From NCBI GenBank assembly GCA_014905635.1, contig JABVCE010000008.1, positions 930,001-994,000 on the forward strand: 64,000 bases of DNA, read 5' to 3'. The translations under genes and the position numbers were made by a program. This DNA comes from Scenedesmus sp. PABB004 (lineage: Eukaryota). The notes under the pieces were generated by a model, which was given only the letters and a program-made list of their open reading frames with translations, was not told where the DNA came from and ran no database searches. Below are positions 26,235 to 37,136 of this stretch, piece after piece (the first letter of the stretch is position 1; every line of letters starts with the position of its first letter).

Positions 26235-26747
26235 GGCGTTGCCGGGGCGGGCCTCGGCGCACCGACGAGGCGCCGGGATGCTGGCGCCCGCCGCTGCTGC
26301 TGCGGCCCGCGCCCGGCGGCGGGGCTGAAGCGCCCTGGATCGGGCCCGAGAGCGCGTGTCTGGGTGAGGTCTGACGCGTGGGCTGGCGCGTGGGCTGGTG
26401 CGTGGGCGGCTGCGGGCAGCGCGGCGTGCAGGGAGCAGGCAGCAGCGGCAGCGGCGGCCGCTCGCGCGCGGCGCCGGCCGGCCGCCCGTGAGCGCGGCTG
26501 CGGTGTGGGTCGGCCTGGGACTGCACCACGCCACGCCGGGGCACACCGATAAGGGTGCCGGCACGTGGGCGCGAGCGCGGGCGGGGTTCAGGGGCGCGGC
26601 GACGGGCCAACAGCGGCGCCAACCAGGTTCCCAACACCTGCCGCAGCGTGCCCAGCGACACAGCAGGCAACGGCAAACGACACTGGACCCGCACGCAACT
26701 GCGCCGCGCGCGCAAGCGCCACCATCGCCCTCCGCCCGCGCGCGCCG

Positions 26748-26865
26748 TCAGCCGCCGCCCGCGTGCTGCAGCAGCTCGCGCAGCACCTGCTGGATGCGCG
26801 GCGTGTTGCGCCGCGCCACCCAGTTTCGCAGCCTGAGGTAGTTGAGCTCAAAGCGCGCCAGCCGG
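26748..26865 (-). pseudogene. 5'-truncated, intronless copy of the B-type C-terminal tail
   Basis: RLARFELNYLRLRNWVARRNTPRIQQVLRELLQHAGGG*. Confidence 0.85.
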
Positions 26866-26906
26866 GTGAGGGATTACCGGCGTCCTGCGGGAACCGCCGC
26901 CGCGCC

Positions 26907-29010
26907 TCAGTTGCGCGCCTTCATCGACGCGCGCCGCGCCTTGCCCGGGCGGTTGGCGCCGCCGCCGGGCTTCTTGCTGACGCCGCCCCGGGCGCCGGGC
27001 GGCCCGCCGCCGCCGCGCCCGCGCCCGCCGCCGCCGCCGCGCCCGCCGCCAAAGCCGCCGCGCCCGCCGCCGCCCCGGCCGCCGCCAAAGCCGCCGCCGC
27101 GCCCGCCGCCGCGCCCGCGGCCGCCGCCGCGGCCGCCCCTGCCGCCGCCGCCGCGCCCGCCGCCGAGGCCGTCGTCGAAGCGCGCCGGCTTGTAGCCGCT
27201 CATGTCGGCGGCGCTGAACGCGTCGTTCTGCTTCGCCAGGCGCTTGCGCCCGCCAAAGCCAAACTTGGCGTCCTTGAGCTGGCGCTTCTTGTTGGGCGTG
27301 CGCTCGCTCGGCGCGATGCGCACGCCCGGGCGCTGCCCCGGCGGCCTCTTGCCGCCCGCGCCGCCTGCCGCGCCGGGCTTGCCCGCGCCGCCCCGCATGC
27401 CGCGCATCTCGGCGTCAAAGTCGAGCTCGCCGGCAAAGCCCTGCGCCGAGGCGGCGCCGGCGGCGGGTGTGCCGCGCGCCCGCGCGCCCGCGCGCCCGCT
27501 CGTGCACCGCGCCCCACCCGCCCGCCCGCCCCGCCCGCGCGGCCGCGCGGCCCCGCGCCGCGCCGCGCCGCGCCGCGGCCTCTCACCGACTTCTCGCGCT
27601 GCTTGCGCAGCGCCGAGACCTGGCTGATCGCGCGCTTCTTCTCCGCCGTGCGCTCCTTCTGCTTCTCAGCCTGCACCTGCTTCGCGTACGCCTTCTGCTC
27701 CCGCGCCTTGCGCCTGCGCGGGCAGGGGCGGGCACGCGCGCGCGCCGCACGTGGGCGGCGGCGCCGCCGCGCGCCTCTGCCGCCGCGCCGCGCGCCTCTG
27801 CCGCCGCGCCTCCGCCGCCGCGCCGCCGCTCGCCGCCGCGCCTCGCGCCGCGGGCGCCCGCGCCGCACGCACCGCTCCGCGGCCTGGTCGATCTGCTGCT
27901 GCTCGTACATGAGTCGGTCCTTGATGCGCGCCATCTGCTCGTCGCTCTTGACCATCTCCGCGTAGTAGTCCGGCGGCCGCAGCCAGGGCCGCCCCGACGC
28001 GGTGAAGCGCCCGATCGCCTCCTGCGTCGCCGCAAGCGCCTGCGCGGCGCGCGCGGCGCGGCGCGGCGCGTGGCGGGCGCGTCAGCGGGCGCGGGGGCGT
28101 CGGCGCGCGCGCCCACGCGGCGCCGCGGCCGGCGCGGGCAGCGCGGCGGCGGTGACCCGGCGGATGCGGGTGCGGGTGCGGGTGCGGGTGCGGGTGCGGG
28201 TGCGGGTGCGGGTGCGGGTGCGGGTGCGGGTGCGGGTGCGGGTGCGGGTGCGGGTGCGGGTGCGCGCCTGGTTGTAAAAGGCGAGCTCGCGCTCGAGGTC
28301 GTCGTCGACGTCGGCGACCTCGGTCGGCGCGGCCGACGTGATGACCAGGCTCTCCTCCCACGGCTGCTCATCGATCCAGGCAATGTCCTCCAGCTTCTCG
28401 TGCAGCGCGTCTGCGCGGCGGCGCGCGCGGCGCGCGCGGCGCGCGCGGGGCCGCGTGGCGCGGTGCGAGCGCGCACGCGCTGCGCGGCGGTGCCGCCGGG
28501 CGCGGCCACCGCCCCGCGCCGCGCCGCGCCGCGCCGCGCCGCACCCGCATCGTAGATGCGCCGCCGCGCGGCCGCGCCGCCGCCGCCGCCCTCCTCGTCG
28601 CTGTCCTCCTCCTCCTCCTCTTCGTCCTCCTCGTCCTCCGCCTCGTCCTCGTCGTCGCTGCCGCCGCCGGCCTGCGCCGCCGCAAAGCGCGCCGCGCGCT
28701 CGGCTGCCTCGGCGGCCAGCTGCGGGATGTCGCGCGTGCCGCCGCCGCCGCCGCCGCCGCCGAAGAGCTGCTCGTCGTCAAAGTCCTCCGACATGCTCTC
28801 GTCGCCGTCGTCGTCCGAGGGCGCCTGCGGTCGCCGCGGCCGCGCGGCGGCGGCGCGCGCACGGGCCCGGTCGTCGGCAGCTGGCAAGCGGCGGCCGGCG
28901 GCCGGGCCGCCCGCGCGGCGCGCTGCGGCGCGGGCGCGCCAGGGGGTGGGCCAGGCGCGCACCTGCGGCCGCGAGGGCGGCGCCGCCTTGCGCTGCTTCG
29001 GCTTGGGCAT
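26907..29010 (-). CDS. EBP2: rRNA-processing protein EBP2
   Basis: VDDDLERELAFYNQ|ALAA; WLRPPDYYAEMVKSDEQMARIKDRL; KRQLKDAKFGFGGRKRLAKQNDAFS; RGG tail ending NRPGKARR. Confidence 0.95.
28165..28264. repeat. (TGCGGG)16 hexamer microsatellite, intronic in EBP2
   Basis: Directly visible inside intron 28040-28267. Confidence 0.95.
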
Positions 29011-29622
29011 CCCGGCGGCTGCGCCCGCTGCTGCTGCTGCTGCCGCCGCCCGGCGCGCGCCGCCGCCGCCTCTGCACGCGCCCTGCGCGGTCGCTGAGCG
29101 CGTGGCGGCGGTCGGGTCCGGTCTCGGAGAGCGCGCGGGAGCTGGGGAGCCACGCGCTGGCCGCGCAGTCGGCGCGGGCGGCGCCGCGGGTGCGTGCTGC
29201 AGCTGCTGCTGCCGTGGTCGCTGAGTGACGGTGTCGACGGTGAGCCGCCCGACCACGGCGCGCCGGCGGACGGTGCGCCGGGGCGCAGCGCGGCATGTTA
29301 AACTCGCGGCGCAGCGGGTCCGCGCTCCCAACGCGATCCGGGGCCTGCCAAGGCAGCCAGTGGCGCCGTGTGCGACCTCACCGTCGCTGCAGACGGCCAC
29401 CACCGCCTCACGGCGCCCTTTTCCACGACCATCGCGCCTGCACCGGCCCGCTGCGCGCTCCTTGTCGACCGACCGGTCTGATCCAGCGTGCCCTCCTCAC
29501 CCAGATCCCGCCGACTTCCGGTCCAGGACCAGGCGGGCGCAGCAGCAGGCGGGCCGCGTCGCGGCGGCGCCGGAGCAGCAGCAGCAGCGGCGTGCGCGCG
29601 CGGCGTGCGCCCCCGGCCCGCG

Positions 29623-30705
29623 ATGGCGCCGCCGGCGCCCGCGCCCTGGCGCATGGACTTTGGCAGCGTGGAGGGCCTGCGCCACGCCAACAAGCTGGAC
29701 CCGCCGGGCTTCGACGCCGCGGCGGCGCGCGACTGGGTGCGGCGCGCGCAGCCGGCTCGCGCCGCACCCAAGCTGCGCGCGCCCGGGCGGACGGCGGCCC
29801 ACGCGCCGTCGCGCCCGGCGCGCCGCAGGTCCCGGGCGGCACCAGCGTGGGCAGGCGGCGCGACCCGAAGCTGATCGAGAAGAAGCAGCAGGCGCGCGCG
29901 GCGGCGCAGCGGCGGCAGCGGCGGGGCGTCGCCCGCGCCCGCGCGGCCGCCGCGCGGCGCTCCCCCTCCCGCCCCGCCGAGCGCCGCGCCGCGCCGCCGC
30001 CCGCAGGCGCTGTGGACGCGCGCGACGTCGCCGTTTAGGCAGGTCGGGTTCATGGTGTTCATGATGTGGATGATGGGCAACAGCCTCCAGGCACGACACC
30101 ACCCCCGCCGCCGCCGCACCGCCACACCGCCGCGCCGCGCCGCGCCGCGCCGCGCGGCCGCCTGCGCGCCGCGCCGCGCCGCGCCGCGCGGCCGCCCGCG
30201 CGCCGCGCCAGCCCCTGCCGCCGTCCCTTGCCCCTGCCCCCCCCCCCCCCCCCGCCCTGCCCTGCCCCGCCCCAATCATACCTCCCCGTCTTCCCGCCCC
30301 CGCCCCCAGATCTTCTCCATCATCATGACCCTCTCGGGCCTCGCCGGGCCCCTCACCGCGGTGCTCAAGAGCGCAGAGGGTGCGGCACCGCCGCGCTGCG
30401 CCGGTCCGCCGCGCCGCGCCGCGCCGCCCTGGCTCGCCGGGCCCTGACCGCGCCCCGCGCCCGCCCCGCCCCGCCCCGCGCACGCCCCGCGCCCGCGCCT
30501 CGGCGCCGCAGCGTTCCCGCCCGACCCCGAGCGCAAGCTCGACACGCTCAGCCCGCGGCTGCTGTACTGCCTCATCAACCTGGGGCAGGCCGGCTTTGCG
30601 CTGCACAAGCTCAACGCCATGGGCCTGCTGCCCAGCCACCCGAGCGACTGGATCTCCTCAATGCCCGTGCCGCGCAGCCTCGAGGCGTCGACGGGCGCGC
30701 TGTGA
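29623..30705 (+). CDS. EMC4: ER membrane protein complex subunit 4 (TMEM85)
   Basis: LDPPGF; ALWTRATSPFRQVGFMVFMMWMMGNSLQ|IFSIIM; ALHKLNAMGLLPSHPSDWIS; 5 exons. Confidence 0.95.
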
Positions 30706-30957
30706 CGGCCGCGCGGCGCGGCGCGGCGCGGCTCACCGGCGGCGGCGCTGTGCGTGGCCGGCAGCGGCGGTGGAGGGCGCGGCGGTCGCGCGCGAGCGGT
30801 TCGTAACGGCCCGCGCCGGCGCCGCGGCCGAGGCGCGCGCGCGGCAGCACCGGCGGCGGTCCTTACTGCCAGCGCTGGGCGGCCGGCCAACTCTCCGCCG
30901 CGCGCAACTGGCGGCGCGAGTCTCACGCCCCGGGCCTCTGGCCGTGCGCCGGCCAGC

Positions 30958-33900
30958 TCACTCCTCCTCCTCGTCCTGCTGCTGCTCCTCATCCGCTGCC
31001 CCACCGCCGCCGCGCGGCGGCGGCACGGGCGGCCCGGGGAAGATCAGGCCGCCGCCGGGCAGCGGCAGCATCATGCCGCCCGCCATCATCATGCCCTCGC
31101 CGCCGCCGAGGCCGCCCAGGCCGCCGAGCCCCGCGAGGCCGCCGCCGCCGCCCTGCACGCCCATGCCCGCGAGCAGGCCCTCCATCAGCCCCGCCACGAG
31201 GTTGCCGAGGTCCCCGCCGCCCTGCGCCGCCTCGGGCGCCGCGGGCGCCTGCGCCTGCGCCTGCCGCTCCTCGGACGGCTGCCGCTGCGCCTGCGCGCCG
31301 CGGCGGGGCTGCGCCGGCGCGCTGCGGGAGCGAGTCGACCGCCCCGCACGTGCCGGCGGCGGCGCTGCCGCCGCGCCAGCGCCGCCGCCGCCGCCACCGC
31401 CGGTCGCCGCCGCGGCCGCGGCCGCGCCGCTGCCGCGCCGTGAGAGCGGCTGGCGCTGCTGGGCGCCGCCGCGCGGCGCGGGAGCCGGGGCGCCCCCGTC
31501 TGCGGCCCCGGCGCCGGCGGTGCCGCTGCGGCCGGCGCGCGCCGAGCCGCCGGCCGGCGCCGCCGCGCCCCTGCGCGCGCGGCCGCCGCCGCCTGCCGCC
31601 GCCCCCGCGCCGGCGCCGGCGCCGCCGCCGCCCGCGGCCGCGCTGGCGCCGGGGCCGCCGCGCCCGCCGCGCCCGCCGAGCAGCCCCCACACCAGGCGCT
31701 CACCGACCTGGCTGAGCAGGCCCAGCAGGCCGCCCATGGCAGCGCCGCCCATGCCGGCGAGCTCGTCGTCGTCGTCGGGCGCGCCGCGCTGGGCCGCCGC
31801 GGCCGTCGCCGCCGCGTCGGGCGCCGCCGCCGCCTCGGGCGACCACAGCCGCACGAGCGGCTCGGAGCCGCACGACGCGAGCAGCATGCGGCTGGGGTGG
31901 ACCTGCGTGGCGCGAGGGCAAGGCGCCGGCGGGCGCGCGTGAGCCGCCGCCGCCGCCGCCGCTTGCGGCCGCGCTCGCCGCCGCCGGCTCACCGCCACGC
32001 GCTTGACGGCGCGGTCCCCGCCGCGCAGCACGGCCACGACCTCGCCGCTGCCCGCGTGCCACACCCAGAGCCGGCCGTCGTCGCTGCCCGACACCACCCA
32101 CTCGCTGCGCGAGCCCAGCCACGCGGCGTTGCGGCTGGCCACGACGCTGCGGTGGCCGGTGAAGGCACGGCTGTAGCCGCGCGCCAGCTCCTCGTCCTCG
32201 TGCGCCCCCGCCCCCGCCTCCTCCTCCTCGCCGTCGCTGCCGTCAAACGGGCCCCAGCCGCCGCCGCCGCCGCCGCCGACGCCGCCGCCGCCGCGCGGGC
32301 GGCCGGCGCCGGCGCTGTCCGCCTCGCTGTCGCTGGCGCCGGGGTCTGAGACGAGGCCCGGCATGCCGTCAGAGCTGCTGCCGTCCGAAGGCTCGCCGCC
32401 GCCGCCGCCGCCGGCGCCGGCAGCCCGCGCGGCGGCCACCCTGCCAGCCGGCCGCCGGGCGCGGCGCGCCTGCTCGGGCTCCGGGGCGCTGAGCGCGGCA
32501 AGGAACACGGCGTCGCTGCCCGTCGGCGCGGCCTGCTGGGGCTCTGCGCTGCCGCGCCGCCGCTTGCTGCGCCGCGGGCGCCCGCCCTGCTGCTGCGCGG
32601 CCTCCTGCGCGGCGCCCGCGTGCTCCGGCTTGACGGCTGCCGGCACGGGTGCCTGGTGCTGGTGATGCTGCTCCTCCTGCTGCGCCGCCCCGGGCTCCTG
32701 CTTCACCGGCGCGCCCCCTGCCTGGTGCTCCTGCCGCTGGCACGCCTGGCGCGCGGCGCTCTGCTCCTCGGCCTGTCCCTGCTGCCGCCGGCGTCGCAGG
32801 TGGCCCTCCACGTCCTGCCGCCCCAGCGCGGGGAGCTCCAGCTCGCCGCGCAGCATGGCCGCCGCGCCCGCGCCCTCCTGCTGCTGCTGCAGGCGCTGCA
32901 TCAGGTGCTCGCGCAGCGAGAGCGCGCTCGCCGCGGCCGCCGCCGCCCCGGGCAGCAGCTGCGGCGGCGCCAGCGCTGCCAGCTGCTGCGCCGCCAGCGC
33001 CGCCTGCGGGGACGGCGGCGGCCGCGCGGCGGGGCGCAGCACGCGGAACGGCGAGCCGCCGCCGCCCGCGGCCTCGCCCGCCGCCTGGCCCGCCGCCTGG
33101 CCCTCGCCCGCGCCCGCCGGCCCGCGGGGCGCGGCGGGCGGCGCAAAGCCCGCGGCCGCCATCGCCGCGGCGGCCGCGGCCGCGGCCTGCGCGAGCGCGG
33201 GGCCGTGGCCGCCCGTCATGGGCAGCTCCAGGCGCATTCGGAACATCTGCACCCCCGGCGCGATCGCCCCGCCGGTCATGGTCATGCCGCTCGCGCCCGC
33301 CTCGGCCGGCTGCGCCGCGGGGAGCGGGGCCCGCCCGCCCGCGCCGCCGCCCGGTGGGGGCGGGGCCCGCCCGCCCGCGCCGCCGCGCGCGCCGCCCGCG
33401 TCGCGCGACGCCGCGGGGGCGCGGTCCATGAAGCCGCGGGCCAGCCCGGGCGCGTACGGCGCGTAGCGCGCCGCCGCCTGCCGCGCGCGCGGCGCCCGGC
33501 CGGCGCCGCCCGGCGCCGCCGCGCCGGGCGGCGCCGCCGCGCCCGCCTGGCCGGCGTCGGCCGCAAACAGCGCCGCGTCCTGCGAGCGCCGCGTGCGCTT
33601 GGCCACGGGCTCGTCGTCGCTGTCTGCCGCCTCCTCCTGCTGCTGCTGCTGCTGCTGCTGCTCCTGCTGCTGCTGCTGCTGCTGCTGTGCCAGCACCTGG
33701 TGCGCGCGCGGGCCGCCCACGGCACGGGCCGCCTGCCCCGACCGTGGCCGCAGGCGGGTGACGAGCCCCGGTGAACTGGGCGCTGCCGCGGGGCCGGCGA
33801 GGGGCGCAGCTGCTGCGCCGGCCGCCCCGTCGCCGCGCTTCGAGCGCCGGCGGCCCTGGGCGGCGCTTAAGCCGCCGCTGGCCCTGCCGCGGCTGCCGCC

Positions 33901-34198
33901 GCTGCGAGGCCTGCCGCCCGCGCCGCGCGAGCTCGCGGCAGCCGCCGCCGCCGCTGCACCAGGGTCGTCGTCAGGCGGCGCCAGCCCACCGGCCGTTGCG
34001 CGCACGCGTGACATCAGGTCCTGCAGGGGCGTGGCACCCTGGCCGCCGCCGCCGGCGGCGCCGCCGAAGCGGAAGGGCGCCGCCGCCGCGCCAGGCGGCG
34101 GCGCGAACGGGTGGCGGTCGCCCCCGCCGCCGCCGCCGCCGCCGCCGCCGCGCCCCGGCCCCGGCTGGCGCCGCCGCCGCTGCTGCTGGCCGCCCGCC

Positions 34199-34229
<31 letters not shown>

Positions 34230-36242
34230 GCCGCCGAGGCCGCCGAGCAGCGCGGTGGCCATGTCGGCGGCGCCGGGCAGCGGCACGCGCGTGCTGTGCA
34301 GCACCGTGCCGTCGGGGCCCATGAAGTGAACCTCGGCCGCAATGTACACGCCCTCACCGCCCGCCATGCCGTCGCTGTCGCTGCCGCCGTCGCTGGCGCC
34401 GTCGCTGGCGCCGTCGCCGCCGGGGCTGTCCGAGCCGGCCGCCTCCGCGCCGCTGCTGCTGCCCGCGGCGCCCGCGCCGCGCTGCCGCTCGCGCTGCAGC
34501 CGGCGCTGGCGCAGGCGCTCGGCGAGCGACGGCGGCAGCTGCTGCCCCACGTCCTGCGCCTCGGCGCCGGCGGCCGCGCCCGGCGCCGGCGCGCGCGAGC
34601 GCAGCGCGCGCACGCTGCGGCGCTCGCCCCCCGCGGCCGCAGCCGCGCCCAGGGCCGCGCCCGGCGCGCGCCCGGCGGCCGCCGCGGCGCCGCCCTCGCC
34701 CGGCCACACGCCGCCGTTGACCGCGCGCCGGCCGCGCGCGCCGCGCCGGCCGCTGCCGCCGGCGCCGGGCGGCCGCGGCGGCGCGCCGCCGAAGAGCGGC
34801 GGCGCGCCGCCGATCCGCCACCACTCGCGCTGCAGTGGCGCGGCGCCGTGCTGCTGGGCCTCGAGCACCTGGTCAAAGCTGAGGCCGTGCTTGCGCACGT
34901 CAAACGCGTACGCGCTGCCAGAGTAGCTGGCGAGGAGGCGGCCGCCGCCGCGGTCCCACGCGACGCTGCACGCCTGCTGCCGCGAGAGCCGCGGCCCGCC
35001 CGCGCGCAGGTGCGCGGGCGCGAGCGCGTACGCCCACGGCGGCGGCGCGGCGCGGCTGTAGCCAGTCAGGGGCGATGCGCCGGGCGGGGGCCGCAGCATG
35101 CGCACGTCATACACGCGCACTGCCGGGCGTGTGAGGCGCGCGCGCGGCGGGCGAGAGAGGCAAGGCGTGAGCGCGCGCGCGGCGAGCGCGTGCGCGCGCG
35201 GCGAGCGCGGCAAGCGCGTGCGTGGGCCGCCCGGCCAGCCCGCGGCGGCGCCGCCGCGCGCGCACCGAGCGCGTCGCCGCCGCCGGCCGCGATGTACTGC
35301 GCCGCGAGCGGGTCCTGCGCCAGCGCCAGCACGCTCGCGCGGCCGCCGAGCGTGGAGGTGCCCGCCTCGTAGCGCTGGTCCACTGCAGGGAGGGCGGTGG
35401 GAGGTGGGAGGAGGGAGGGAGGTGGGCAGTGGGGCGGTCAGCGCGAGGCGAGCGCAGGGTGCGGGACGGGGCGCGCCGGCGCGCGCGCGCGCCGCGCGCA
35501 CCCAGCAGCGACTGCGTGCCGGCGTCGCCGCGGCCGCGCGCGTCGAAGCAGCGGATCGTGCCGTCGTCGCCGCCAGACGCAAAGACGGCGGGCGAGAGCG
35601 GGAGCAGCGCGCGGATGGTGCTCGCGTGCCCGGCGTATGCGCGCACGCGCTGCCGCGCGAGGTCCGTCACGCGAATCTGCGGCGGCGCCAGCGGCGGCAC
35701 CAGCGGCGGCGGGCGCGGCTCGGCGGCCGGGCGCGCGGCGGGGCGCCCGCGGCGCTGCGGGGACTGCCGCGCAGCCGCAGCGCGCCCACGCACGTCTTTG
35801 GCGGGCCCGCCGGTGACCAGCGTGCCGCCGCCGCTGCCGGGGAGGAAGGCCATGGAGGTGATGGGATCGGTGTGGCCCTGCGCGGCACGACAGGCGCGGC
35901 GGTGGCGGCGCGCGGTGGGCGGGCCCGCCCGCGCGCTGTCAGCGGCGCGCCTGTCAGCGGCGCGCCTGCGCGCGGCCGGCGCGCATGGGCCCCGCCCCGC
36001 CTCACCGGGTCGTACAGAGACGCCCACCCCGCATCGTGACGGTCCGCCCGGGAGAGCCGCACAGCGCAGTCGTCGCCGGCGGCGGCGAGCAGCGAACCGT
36101 CGTCGGCCCACGCGAGAGCGCCGCAGTTGCCGGGGACGGCGAGCTCGCGCGTGGCGACCAGGCGCTGCACAAGGCCCGCCTCCAGCGCCGGGAGCAGCGC
36201 CCGGCTGCGGGCGCCGAGCTGCTCGCGGCGCAGCAGGTCCAT
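30958..36242 (-). CDS. WD40-repeat protein, DCAF8/WDTC1/DCAF6-like, with a long low-complexity insert
   Basis: ALAWADDGSLLAAAGDDCAVRL; GHTDPITSMAF; FASGGDDGTIRCFDAR; VAWDRGGGRLLASYSG; FTGHRSVV..WVVSGSDDGRLWVW..VHPSRMLLASCGSEPLVRLWSP. Frameshift near 34200. Confidence 0.85.
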
Positions 36243-36353
36243 CGCGCCGCTGTCGCCGCCGGACGGCACGGGCCGGCGCTGCGCCTGCGCCGGCTGTGTG
36301 TGTGGCCAGGCTGCGGGCTGTCGCAGCAGCGGCGCACACGGCGGTGAAACCCC

Positions 36354-37100
36354 TTAAACCGCTCCGGTCGCAGCTGCGCCCGCGCCCTCGCGCTCGCCGC
36401 CGCTGTCGGCCTCGCCGCCGCCGGCCTCGCCGCCGCCTGCGTCGTCGCCGCCGGCCTCGCCGCCCCCAGCCTGGCCGCCGCCGCCCTTGCCGCCGCCGTC
36501 GTTCGGGCGCTGGCGCGCGAGCGCGGCGTCGATCTTGGCCTGAAGGTACGCCGCCTTGGCCGCGCCGTTGGCGCCGTGGCGCCACTCCCACCAGGGCAGC
36601 GACACGACGACGTAGCCGCGCGCCGTGAGCGCGCGGTCGCGGTAGAGCGTGGAGCCGCCGAGGCCGTTGTCGGGGCGCCGGAAGTGCCAGGGGCCGTCCA
36701 CCTCCACCGCGAGCCGCGTGCCGTCGGCGGCCGTCGCGGCGACGTCGACGCGCAGCAGCCCGTCGGGCGTCGCCGCCTCGAGCGCGACGTCGGCGACGCC
36801 CGGGAGCTGGCGCAGCGCGCGGAAGACGCTGCCCTGCAGCTGCGACGTCGACACGCTGCCGACCGCGAGGCGCAGCCACGCGGACCGGCACTCCTCGAGC
36901 TGCCACTCCGCGAGCGCGCCGGCGAGCCCCGCGCCCGGGCGGCTGCCGCAGGAGGTGTCGAGCAGCCAGAGGTGCAACTGAAAGAGCTGGACCTTGTCCT
37001 GCTCCGCCGTGCTCTGCTCCCAGCGCGCGCCTGCGCGCGCTCGTGGCGGCGCGCGGGCGGCGGCAGGGGTCGGCGTGGGCAGTGGCAGGGGTCGGCGCGC

Positions 37101-37136
<36 letters not shown>

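Noticed and set aside
23026..26865. Autonomous LTR retrotransposon
   Set aside because: The direct repeats are coding tails without TG..CA ends, and no gag, RT or integrase motifs are present.
28165..28264. Telomere-like hexamer repeat, or (PH)n/(RV)n peptide
   Set aside because: It is intronic in EBP2 and is not the TTTAGGG-type telomere motif.
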